This document shows, piece after piece, positions 55,230 through 64,000 of a stretch of 64,000 nucleotides of DNA. How positions within the stretch are numbered: the first letter of the stretch is position 1; the number at the start of each line of letters is the position of its first letter. This DNA is from a bacterium (lineage in GTDB: Bacteria; SAR324; NAC60-12), in the NCBI GenBank assembly GCA_965209155.1, contig OZ242383.1, positions 2,976,001 to 3,040,000 of the forward strand. The letters are read 5' to 3'. A program made the position numbers and the translations under genes. The notes beneath the pieces were generated by a model that was not told the origin of the DNA, did no database searches, and saw nothing but the letters and a program-made list of their open reading frames with translations.

Positions 55230-55562
55230 ATGAAATGGAAAATTATTTATTACAATGAAGAACTCCAGCACTGGACGGAAAATCTTCCTGTAGGAATTCG
55301 AGCTTACTATGCAAGAATTACCGAACGAATGGAGATTTATGGGCCAAATCTAGGGCTGCCACATACCCGGCCTATGGGAGAAGGATTGTTTGAGATTCGT
55401 GCTCAAGGAAAAGAAGGGATTGCACGAATATTTTATTGTACAGTGATCAATCAAAAAATTGTGATGCTTCATGGATTTATCAAAAAAACTCGAAAAACTC
55501 TTAGAAACGAATTGAAAACTGCAAACCAAAGAATGAAAGAGGTGAAAAATGAAATCTCATAA
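55230..55562 (+). CDS. RelE/HigB-type toxin (Gp49-like)
   Basis: GPNLGLPHTRPMGEGLFEIR, ARIFYC, LHGFIKKT; toxin-first gene order. Confidence 0.9.
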   Translation: MKWKIIYYNEELQHWTENLPVGIRAYYARITERMEIYGPNLGLPHTRPMGEGLFEIRAQGKEGIARIFYCTVINQKIVMLHGFIKKTRKTLRNELKTANQRMKEVKNEIS

Positions 55563-55839
55563 ACAAATGGTTAAGGAGTGGATAAAAGATCCAGAGTTTA
55601 AAAAAGCTTATGATGATTTAGAAGAGGAATTTTCTCTTTTCGATGAATTGATTCAGGCACGTCATACAGCAGGCTTAACTCAAGAGGAAGTCGCCGAAAA
55701 AATGGGAACCAAAGCTCCTGCTATTGCTCGTATTGAATCTTATGGTCGAACAAATAACCGTTCGCCCAGTCTAAATACTCTTCAGAAATATGCAGATGCG
55801 GTAGGGTGTGAATTGCAGATCAAATTAGTTCCTCGTTAA
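55549..55839 (+). CDS. XRE-HTH antitoxin (HigA-like)
   Basis: ARHTAGLTQEEVAEKMGTKAPAIARIE, PSLNTLQKYADAVG; overlaps the toxin gene. Confidence 0.9.
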   Translation: MKSHKQMVKEWIKDPEFKKAYDDLEEEFSLFDELIQARHTAGLTQEEVAEKMGTKAPAIARIESYGRTNNRSPSLNTLQKYADAVGCELQIKLVPR

Positions 55840-56032
55840 GCTATTATTTTAAGTGGTTTTAATTGACGAGATGACTACAATTATCCCGCGAGATTCATCT
55901 TTTTGGTGAACTCCTCGAGGGATCATCGCTTGTGGAAGATCACGGTCAAGCCAGATCCGGTTTTTACGAAGGCCTACCAGATGGGGACTCAAGACTGTGA
56001 GACCGCTCATGCCATCGAGCTTGGATTACAGC

Positions 56033-56209
56033 AGGAATCGCTTCGACTTCTTGGAAATGGACAGGAGAGGTGATCATCTTTTAGAACTGATTTTTAATCA
56101 CCTCTAAAATCAAGTAATAGGCATTGGTTCCCAAACGAATCCGCATGACGCTTTGATCATCAAAAGGGCAAGAGAGTATACAAGCATCTAAATAAAGTCG
56201 TTGATTCAT
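56033..56209 (-). pseudogene. PIN-domain protein pseudogene (5' part)
   Basis: GGGAG RBS, then MNQRLYLDACILSCPFDDQSVMRIRLGTNAYYLILEVIKNQF*KMITSPVHFQEVEAIP. This is the YLD.C...PFDDQ...RIRL PIN subfamily pattern with an in-frame TAA at 56081-56083. Confidence 0.7.
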
Positions 56210-56333
56210 CAAAACGCTCCCTGGATAGTCCTAAGTGAATGTTGTTGATGATATGATCCGCTTTACAGAGAGTATCAATGAATGTCAATTTATTTGTGAA
56301 ATTCGAGTGAACGTGTCAGGGTTTGGCGGGTAA

Positions 56334-56543
56334 CGGGCCAAAATGGTCGAACGCTTCATGCAAATCCTCGATCCGCTGCCATCGCTCCACAATTTCGTGG
56401 CCTTTCTGCAAAGCAATCGCTGAGCCTAAAAAAGTGGATCAAACTGACCATCGCCGTCGCGGTATCGTAAAGATAAGTCCCCCGGCAATGACAGTACAGC
56501 ACAAGATCGGCACACTTCAGGTTTTCCGTTTCAGTCAGGTCCG
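56334..56543 (+). repeat. Diverged ~200-bp direct repeat, copy 2
   Basis: See 54843-55047. Confidence 0.7.
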
Positions 56544-56715
56544 CGATCAGAATAACTTTCAAGCCCAACCTACGAAGCGTTTGTCCCTCTCGTGGTGGTT
56601 ACGGGACGGTCCCCAGATTTTCGGATTTTCATTGCAAATGATTGGTAACTGTCCCCAGTTTTTAATAATTGGTAGCCGTATCTAAGTCTCTCATCGACAT
56701 GCGAACAAGGAGAAA

Positions 56716-56870
56716 AGGGGACAAATTAATTTTTCTGTTTTTGGTTAGTCCTTATCCACGCCATTTCACTCTCAATCCTATTTTTTTCTCAACTTGATCG
56801 ACAAACCATTCGCTCCCAGTCAACTGCTCTCGCTGAAGAGCCTGACGGATTCTCTGGAAGGAGGCTCTCA
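56716..56870 (-). pseudogene. Second RAYT-type transposase C-terminal relic with an adjacent GGGGACA repeat
   Basis: IRQALQREQLTGSEWFVDQVEKKIGLRVKWRG; AAGGGGACA at about 56715 and GGTAACTGTCCCC at about 56644. Confidence 0.6.
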
Positions 56871-56882
56871 GGCCTTTGATTA

Positions 56883-57068
<186 letters not shown>

Positions 57069-57080
57069 TCACTGACCTCA

Positions 57081-57845
57081 TCAACCGCGCCAAGCTGCGA
57101 TCTCATCGACCGCATTTCGCGCTTCACGCTCCAGAAACCATAAATCCATTCCGTACCCTATCCAACGAATGCCACTCTCCAACAATGATTTGACCGTGCT
57201 TGGAGTGGGCGGTATCGCCCACTGACAGAACGCTATCCCTTTCCTCTGGCACATGGCACGGACGTGGTCTCTGGCTTCAGTTATCTGGGGATGGTCAAAC
57301 TGGCCGGCTATACCCAGGAGGTGTGAGAGATCGGTATGGCCTACCCAGACCACGTCTATCCCGGGAATGAGAATCTCCTCCAAGTGCTCGAGTGCCTCCG
57401 GAGTCTCAATAATCAGGCCGAGCAACGTGTTGGCGTTAGCGTGAGCGCACGCTGCCGGTACATCAGGGGCCCCGTACATGCCAAACGCACGCTTTCCTTC
57501 GGGGTGGAATTTGGTAAACTCTATCAACAGCCGGGCCTCCGCTGCGCTCCGGATACTTGGTAGGATCAGACATTGACAGCCGTTGTCCAGCAATCTCGTG
57601 ATGAAATGTTGCTCCAGGGCAGGAAGGCGTACCATCGGTGTGACACCAGCCAGGTGAGCATAATGGACGCTCTCCACTAGCTCTTTCATATCAAAATTAG
57701 TATGCTCAGCGTCCATATCCAAGTAGTCCACACCAGCCTTTGCATACGCCTCCACCACGTAGGGTCCGCGGCTCTTCATTAATGTTCCGATGATCACTTC
57801 ACCTCTTTTCAACTTTGCTTTTAACTGATTTCCCCGCAAGGGCAT
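57081..57845 (-). CDS. HpcH/HpaI aldolase family protein
   Basis: NQLKAKLKRGE, DMDAEH, PMVR, LLDNG, IIET, WVGHTDLS; AGGAGG RBS. Confidence 0.9.
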   Translation of the reverse strand: MPLRGNQLKAKLKRGEVIIGTLMKSRGPYVVEAYAKAGVDYLDMDAEHTNFDMKELVESVHYAHLAGVTPMVRLPALEQHFITRLLDNGCQCLILPSIRSAAEARLLIEFTKFHPEGKRAFGMYGAPDVPAACAHANANTLLGLIIETPEALEHLEEILIPGIDVVWVGHTDLSHLLGIAGQFDHPQITEARDHVRAMCQRKGIAFCQWAIPPTPSTVKSLLESGIRWIGYGMDLWFLEREARNAVDEIAAWRG

Positions 57846-58005
57846 GGTTTCCTCCTTTTTACTTCGGATAATTAATCATTCCCCGACTCTAACTCCCTGA
57901 TCTCATCTCTCCCCCTTTCCTGGTTAATGAGGCTGAAAGTTCGGGCTGACCCAGGGTGATGGCAATCCCTTCATCCCCGTCCGACGAGCCGTTCTCAGGG
58001 GGGAA

Positions 58006-58030
58006 AGGAGTCGTAAGACTCCCGACCTAC
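58006..58030 (-). repeat. Single GTAG-type REP
   Basis: Minus strand GTAGGTCG-GGAGTC-TTAC-GACTCC-T. Confidence 0.5.
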
Positions 58031-58090
58031 CCGACGGAAATATGAACTTAAATTCCCAAAGTCACAGGCCTGACCCCGATTCCCCGATTT

Positions 58091-59047
58091 CTAAGCGAAG
58101 GGGTTGATCAGTCTGGAGAGGAATCCTCGTTTGCGTTTCCCTGCGGCGCCGTAACTGCCTTGGCCGCCCCTGAGCCTCGGGTCGAGCAGGTCTCGCACCG
58201 CGTCGCCGAACATGTTGAGGGAGTAGACTACAATCGTCAGGGCAAGCCCCGGCCAGAGCGCCAGCCATGGGGCAATTTCCATGAACTGACGTCCTTCCCG
58301 GCTGAGCAGACCACCCCAGCTAGGAATCTGGGCTGGCAGCCCGAACCCCAGGAAGCTCAGAGAAGCCTCAGACATAATCACCCCCCCGATGTTGATGCTA
58401 AATATGATGATGACGACAGCCGCAATATTGGGCAAGACATGTCGGATAAGTGTTCTCCATTTTGAGGAGCCAATCGCCTCTGCCGCCTCAAAATACACAT
58501 TCTCTTTTACGCCAATAACGGCGCCTCTGACGACTCTTGAGCCGCTGATGCCTCCTGCTATACCCAGGACCACTATTATCTGTGGGATACCCCGCCCCAC
58601 TATGGACATTATGGTTAACAATATAAGCAGTGCCGGGAAAGCCATCCAGGCATCGACAAAGCGCTGCACCACCAGGTCCACTTTCCCCCCAAGGAATCCA
58701 GACGTGCCGCCGACCAGGAGCGCGACGAGCACATTGAGCGTGGTTGCGGCCAGACCCACCACTAAGGAAATGCGAGCCCCGACGATCAGGCGGCTCAGGA
58801 GGTCTCGCCCAAACTGGTCGGTCCCCAGGAGATGCCGGGCGGATGAGCCCTGTAGCCGGTCTACCAAGTTTGGTTTATCATAGGGATAAGGGGTCAACAC
58901 ATCGGCAAAGATGGCCACCACAATCAAGATCAAGATGATGAGCCCGCCGAAGGTCCCCAGGGGCTTCTCCTTGACCAGCCGGATGAAGAAATCCACAAAC
59001 CGGCTCCGTCGCTTGGGCCCACGGATGGGGGAGGGTCTCTCATTCAT
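58091..59047 (-). CDS. Family-5 ABC permease (DppC type)
   Basis: LLGTDQFGRDLLSRLIVGARIS, RHVLPN, GDAVRDLLDPR. Confidence 0.95.
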   Translation of the reverse strand: MNERPSPIRGPKRRSRFVDFFIRLVKEKPLGTFGGLIILILIVVAIFADVLTPYPYDKPNLVDRLQGSSARHLLGTDQFGRDLLSRLIVGARISLVVGLAATTLNVLVALLVGGTSGFLGGKVDLVVQRFVDAWMAFPALLILLTIMSIVGRGIPQIIVVLGIAGGISGSRVVRGAVIGVKENVYFEAAEAIGSSKWRTLIRHVLPNIAAVVIIIFSINIGGVIMSEASLSFLGFGLPAQIPSWGGLLSREGRQFMEIAPWLALWPGLALTIVVYSLNMFGDAVRDLLDPRLRGGQGSYGAAGKRKRGFLSRLINPFA

Positions 59048-60058
59048 ACCGCACCCTGGGGTCTAAATAAAGATAGATCATGTCGATCATTAGATTTATT
59101 CCTAAAACCGCGGTGCCGAAAAACAGGTTGACTCCGGAGACCACCGGGTAGTCTCTCTCATTGAGTGTATCCACTATGAGACGACCTAGCCCCGGCAGGT
59201 TAAAGATGTTCTCCATGATCACGGCGCCGCCGACCAGGATCGGTAACTGCAGGCCAATCAGGGTCACCACTGGGATGAGGGCATTTTTGATGGTATGTCT
59301 GATCACCACGACCCGCTCCTTGAGCCCCTTGGACCAGGCCGTCCGAATATAGTCCTGCCGGAGCACCTCCAGCATCATGGTGCGGGTCATGCGCATGGTG
59401 CTGGCAGACAAAGCCGTCCCCAGAATCACGCTGGGAATGATGAGCCCCCGGAGATTCCCCAGAGGGTCTTCCGTGAAAGGAATCCACTCCATCGGCGGCG
59501 ACCAGCCCCACCAGATTGCCGGGAAGATCATGACCATCAATCCCAACCAGAAGTTAGGCGTTGCCATGCCGATGATGGCGATGGAGCGCCCCACGTAGTC
59601 GGCGGCCGTATCCTGGCGAATCGCCGAGTAGATGCCAATGGGCAACGCGATCACCAGACCGATGACGATGGCCAGAATGCCAAGTTCCAGGGTGACCGGC
59701 AAACTGGCCAATATCGTCTCCTCTACCGAAAGAGGGCTCATCAGTGATTGGCCAAGGGTGCCTGGAGGATACCGTTGAAGCGGGACTCACCGGTAAACCA
59801 GTCAGGGGTTCGCAACACTCCCATCCAGCGTCCATACTGCACCCAGACAGGCACGTCTAATCCCATCATACGCAGAAGAGCTTCACGGTCTATCGCCGGA
59901 CCCGCCCACCCGGGGCCACCAGCAATGGCTTCCATCCGAGCTTCTATTAGGTCTATTACATTGCCCGGGAGGAAGCGGACCAAGAGAAAGACCAGGATGC
60001 TCAGTATAAAGAGGGTGGGGATTATGAGCAACAGCCTCCTGATTATATAGGCTCTCAT
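59040..60058 (-). pseudogene. DppB permease split by a 1-nt frameshift at about 59761 (true pseudogene or sequencing error)
   Basis: The 5' part MRAYIIRRLL...GILQ and the 3' part ...TLELG...DYIRTAWSKGL...LDPRVRY are in different frames. CAGGCACC here corresponds to CAGGGCACC in the intact paralog near 52040. Confidence 0.85.
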
Positions 60059-60161
60059 GGGATACTCCTCTTTCCCCTCTTTGGCAAAGGGGGGGGCCGT
60101 CCGCGGAAGCGGGGATTTCAAAGGCTGTAAAATCCCCCTTTTTCAAAGGGGGACTTGTAGA

Positions 60162-61967
60162 CTAATGCCCCATTTCTTTCTTTAGCTCACTATCAATCCA
60201 GAGGCGGGAGAAGACAACATGGTTTTGGCTTGCTCCAAAGCCGCCTTCAGCGTTATAACCTATCACCCACGGCTGGTGCACGGTAAACACTGGGGCTAAA
60301 GGCCCCCAGAGGAACCAGTGCTGCTCTATGATGCGCATGTCCATCTCTTTAGTCAGCCTCGTCGCCTCCTCCATGGTGGTCGCCTCTACCATGGCTTCAT
60401 ACAGGGCGTCATATTGCGCGTCGGAGACTCCAGAGTAACTCCGTGCAGTGCCCCCGTAAAACTGAGTCATTGCCCACAATGGATAGAATGGATCAGCCTT
60501 GATGCCCGCATTCCACCAAGTCAAATCATAGTCTCCCGCGTTTCGTCTAGCCCCAAATTCTGCACCGGAACGTGTCTCAATAACCACATCAACGCCAATC
60601 TCACGCCAGTATGCTGCCTGTAATTCTACCAATTCCATCGACGGATCAGCCAGAAACGTGGCCTTGAATCTAAAGCCGTCGGCGCCACGAGGATATCCCG
60701 CCTCATCAAGCAACGCTTCTGCCCGTGCCGGGTCATAGGTATAATATCCCTTAAGCTCTTTGGGCCACTCTTCAAATGGGACGTGATAGTCCTTGAATTC
60801 CCTGCCTACCAGCCCCCGAGGTATCGTATCCGCATAACCCTTATAGAAGGTAGCGTTCATTGTCTCAAGGTCCAGTGCCATCTGCATTGCATGGCGCACC
60901 CTGATGTCGTCCCCCCAGAGCGGCCTGCGCTGGTTCAAACTGATAGAAGTATTCGACCGTTCTGACCACCTGTGCACCACGAGTTCGGGGTTGGTCCGCA
61001 TGAGGCTCTCTGCCTGGTCTAGAGTGTTTAATTGAGTGGCGCCCGGCCAACCTATGAAATCGATCTTACCACTGCGCAGTCCCGCCAGACGTGTTGGCAC
61101 TTCCAGGATAACAAGGCCCTTTACCTCGTCAACATAGGGCAAGCGGTTCTCCGGGTATTTTTCGTCGAAGCCCCAGTAGTTGGGATTCTTGGTCCAGGTC
61201 ACAGAGCTGCGCGGGACCAAGTCAGTCAGCTCAAAGGGCCCGGTGCCGACCACACTCTGCCAATCCCAATCGTCCCCGTATTCCTCGAGTAGCTCGGGGG
61301 GCTGTATAACCATACTGTTCCAGTCCAAGATAAGGCCCAGGCCACGGAGTCTTGGCTCCTTCAGCTTCATAACAACCGTATATTTGTCGGTGGCTGTTAC
61401 CGATTCGAAAGGCAAATCCAGGAGGGAACCTCCCCCTGGAGAAGGTTCGGCTTCACTGAACTCGGTCCCTGTCAATTTATTTCCCAACATGCGGTGAAAG
61501 GTATGTTCTACATCCTTGGCAGTTAGCTCGCGCCCAGATACCGGCGGCTTATCATGCCAGTGAACGCCCTGGCGGATGTGGAAGATATAAGTTGTGTTGT
61601 CAGGCTGTTCCCAGCTTTCCGCCAGCGCCCCCCTGAGGGCGTATACAGGCGTAAGGTAGCCGCCGACAAAGGGATATGTGTCCCTATCTATTGCCCAGTT
61701 CGTCATGGCCAGTTTCTCTAGAACGCCACTGGTGATGAATAACGATCCCGGACCGCCACTATAGGCATCCACTCGACGGTCATTGCCATACAGGACCTGG
61801 GTTATTGTCCCGCCATACTCTGGTGCAGTGTACACCTTGCCATTGCTGGGGTCCGTCACATACTTCTTCTCAGCAGCAACGGCCGAACTGACCCAAAATG
61901 CAGCCACCATCAGGGTGAGGGTGAGCAGGATTGCACTGAAGGTTGATTTGCTTTTTTGATTTTCCAT
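60162..61967 (-). CDS. Family-5 ABC substrate-binding protein
   Basis: Signal peptide; PEYGGTIT, LAESWEQPD, VGTGPF, KNPNYW, VRHAMQMA, RLWIDSELKKEMGH; AAGGA RBS before ATG 61967. Confidence 0.93.
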   Translation of the reverse strand: MENQKSKSTFSAILLTLTLMVAAFWVSSAVAAEKKYVTDPSNGKVYTAPEYGGTITQVLYGNDRRVDAYSGGPGSLFITSGVLEKLAMTNWAIDRDTYPFVGGYLTPVYALRGALAESWEQPDNTTYIFHIRQGVHWHDKPPVSGRELTAKDVEHTFHRMLGNKLTGTEFSEAEPSPGGGSLLDLPFESVTATDKYTVVMKLKEPRLRGLGLILDWNSMVIQPPELLEEYGDDWDWQSVVGTGPFELTDLVPRSSVTWTKNPNYWGFDEKYPENRLPYVDEVKGLVILEVPTRLAGLRSGKIDFIGWPGATQLNTLDQAESLMRTNPELVVHRWSERSNTSISLNQRRPLWGDDIRVRHAMQMALDLETMNATFYKGYADTIPRGLVGREFKDYHVPFEEWPKELKGYYTYDPARAEALLDEAGYPRGADGFRFKATFLADPSMELVELQAAYWREIGVDVVIETRSGAEFGARRNAGDYDLTWWNAGIKADPFYPLWAMTQFYGGTARSYSGVSDAQYDALYEAMVEATTMEEATRLTKEMDMRIIEQHWFLWGPLAPVFTVHQPWVIGYNAEGGFGASQNHVVFSRLWIDSELKKEMGH

Positions 61968-62265
61968 CTTTTTCCTTTCTGCTTTTTGATTAAAAACAAG
62001 ATTTAGGATTGATTTAAAACCTGCTTTCGTTCCCGAAAGCACGTTCTCGACGATTTCTCTACACATTGGGTCTCCTTCATTTTCAAGTGATCAAAAAAAC
62101 GATTCATGGCTCCAGGATTGGGCAATGAACCATGTACTTTAAATTCTCTTGAGGAATTTCCATTGGCTGAAATGAACTGAGGGGTAATTCAAGGATCTCT
62201 CCCTGAAGTCGAGATGAGATAAGGGGGGACAATCCAATGAACTGGGGACTTGGGATTTAGAACGT

Positions 62266-62340
62266 GGGTGCCGGGTGCCGGGTGCCGGGTGCCGGGTGCC
62301 GGGTGCCGGGTGCCGGGTGCCGGGTGCCGGGTGCCGGGTG
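62266..62340 (+). repeat. Heptamer microsatellite (GGGTGCC)x10 plus GGGTG
   Basis: Perfect tandem array of 75 nt. Confidence 0.97.
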
Positions 62341-62345
62341 ATTGA

Positions 62346-62374
62346 ATGATACTCTCATATTAACCTTTTGTCAA
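62346..62374 (-). promoter_or_regulatory. Putative sigma70 promoter of the last SBP operon
   Basis: TTGACA-N17-TATCAT on the minus strand, with an upstream A-tract. Confidence 0.65.
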
Positions 62375-63186
62375 GAAATTTTTATACTTGAAACGGGTTA
62401 ATTTCAGACTTTCATGTCATCCTGATTGATAGCTGACAGCGAAAAGCCATTTCGCGACAACGTCTCTTTAAGGAAAATATTTTATATCCAGAAAAAAATC
62501 AACATTTTTTTTAAGACAGATCCGATTTAGTCATTTAAGGCAAATTTTTCTCATATCCAGAAATAGTATAATCGCTCTGCAAATGTATCAAGATTTTTTT
62601 AAATATGGCGACTCATTCATTTATGAGTGTCTTCTGATGATCAACGAAAATACTTTTTCATATACGGAAGTCAACATTTTTGGCACTTTTCAATTCCCCT
62701 TTGACCGTTTCTAAAAATCCTCTGCTGAGGATATGATGTTTTACATGACTTTCGGCTCAATCAATAGGAGCGAAATTGAAATGAAACCTTCAGCCCAAGG
62801 CGTTTTGGTTGAGAATTATCAAAAAAGAAATAGAAAAACAAGCCGAAATTCTTAAAAATCTTCAGCCCAAGGCGATTTCTTGAAAACTATCACAAAAGAA
62901 CGATGATGGCAAAATCCTGGTAGGTTTCATTATCCCCTTCAGTATCTTCTCTATATAACAATATTCAGAGGAGGTCAATCGATTTTTTTTGCTCATCTTA
63001 ACTCCTCAGGGGCGAGTGCTGGTGTCATCCTGGATTTGATCCTGGCTCCTATCTGTGTCAGTCCTTGAAAATACTGTGCAATCCTGCCCTTCCAGGAGCG
63101 AAAAGCATGGGATTCAAAGCGCATCATTTCAATGACTGATGAGCACTCAAAATAAGCAGCTTTCGCAAAAAGTTGCTTGAGCTTGC

Positions 63187-63465
63187 TTAGGAGCGATTGA
63201 GTTGAGATTGAAGCTGTTGAAGCAGGCTTTGTAACTCTTCTTTCCTTTTTCGAATCAACTCTTCTTCAGGAGTCCTCTCTTGCTTGAAAAGGATTTGAGT
63301 CATGTGGATTTGACTAATCAGTTTTCCTTTTTCCAGACCTTCTTCTCGACCTTCTTCCAAACCTTGTGATTTTCCGATTTGGATCAGTTCTTTTCCGGCG
63401 ACGGTTTCGTCCAATGGTGTCAGTTTGAGCATCTTCTCTATCTCCTCTCTCGTCAGTTTAAAAAC
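63187..63465 (-). pseudogene. C-terminal fragment of an Rpn/YhgA-like (DUF2887-type) protein
   Basis: FKLTREEIEKMLKLTPLDETVAGKELIQIG..QGLEEGREEGLEKGKLI.QI; the N-terminal nuclease domain is absent. Confidence 0.65.
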
Positions 63466-63516
63466 TTCTCCACAATAGCATAGGTTAACAATTCTCTCAA
63501 ATGACTTCCTCTATTT

Positions 63517-63720
63517 GGGTGTAATTAAAAGTGAGGGTCATCTCAATTAAGCCCTTTGAAGTTGTTGCCAATAACAATCCCATTTTCCATGGGCTCTTGC
63601 CACCCTGAGTTGAATCATCTGATCGGCATGTTGTTTTTTCCACCAAGCACCAGGGAGTTTGAGCCGTTTTTGGATGAGGGAACGATGGGCGCTTTCAATT
63701 TTTCCAGAGCCGATAGGGAT
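63517..63720 (-). mobile_element. ISKra4/ISLre2-like IS right-end fragment
   Basis: PIGSGKIESAHRSLIQKRLKLPGAWW...MIQLRVARAHGKWDCYW; candidate terminal IR GGGTGTAATTAAAAGTG at 63517-63533. Confidence 0.7.
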
Positions 63721-63721
63721 A

Positions 63722-63952
63722 AGAAGCATGACGCTGGACATAGAAAATATCAGGCCGCCGGTGTTGTCCCAAAAAACCGAAAAAGCCTTATCCGAATACC
63801 TGGCCTTTCGTCAAGTCCTCCGGAACATTTATGGTTTTGAAATCGATAGTGAAAAACTGTCAGGACTCGTCCAAAAAGTGGAAAAAACGTATCAGGAGGT
63901 GAAAAACGACTTGAATCGGTCTCTGCATTTTCTGAGAGAAATGTCGTCGTGA
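63722..63952 (+). pseudogene. C-terminal half of a HepT-like (HEPN) RNase toxin
   Basis: MTLDIENIRPPVLS.......LSEYLAFRQVLRNIYGFEID; the 5' half is replaced by the IS fragment. Confidence 0.7.
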
Positions 63953-64000
63953 AATCATTGTTAGCCATTATGAACACTCAAGCATTCCCTGCTGAAGAAT

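Noticed and set aside
62266..62340. CRISPR array
   Set aside because: This is a pure 7-nt tandem repeat with no spacers and no cas genes. No repeat-spacer array was seen anywhere in the window.

Overview
This is a bacterial chromosomal window. The gene content and protein style suggest a marine or subsurface deltaproteobacterium-like organism such as SAR324, but that is inference only. From left to right it contains: (1) the end of a family-5 (Dpp/Opp-type) ABC cluster with a PhyH dioxygenase and a Zn/MDR dehydrogenase, then a broken vapBC pair; (2) housekeeping genes: CDGSH protein, tldD, rsmH, and a tRNA-Thr/Tyr/Thr-rpmG-tRNA-Trp-secE-nusG-rplKAJL block that lacks tRNA-Gly, tuf and downstream rpoB; (3) a 2-oxoacid:ferredoxin oxidoreductase whose beta subunit carries a C-terminal CBS pair, with a free CBS gene upstream, followed by recR; (4) the most unusual region, a roughly 10 kb co-oriented sulfur cluster at 19854-29938: TauE, DUF1634, YeeE, a His-rich secreted beta-propeller, a Tat-exported SoxY-like carrier that also carries the full His4-Cys iron-ligand set of superoxide reductases, a divergent SoxB, SoxZ, an HMA-like/cytochrome c fusion, DUF302, SCO and a YyaL-like thioredoxin protein, with no soxAX or soxCD; (5) a xanthine-dehydrogenase-family Mo enzyme with MoaD, an Rrf2-sulfite reductase-cysH-tusA operon and argH; (6) a repeat-rich accessory region (about 40.6-64 kb). 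That last region holds a four-helix-bundle gene enclosed in perfect inverted repeats, a segmental duplication of an FAH-hydrolase/ABC cassette, three more ATPase-less family-5 ABC loci, a HigBA-like toxin-antitoxin pair among RAYT and IS relics, a (GGGTGCC)n microsatellite at a predicted transcription start, and many gene fragments. All calls come from reading motifs by eye; no database searches were run.
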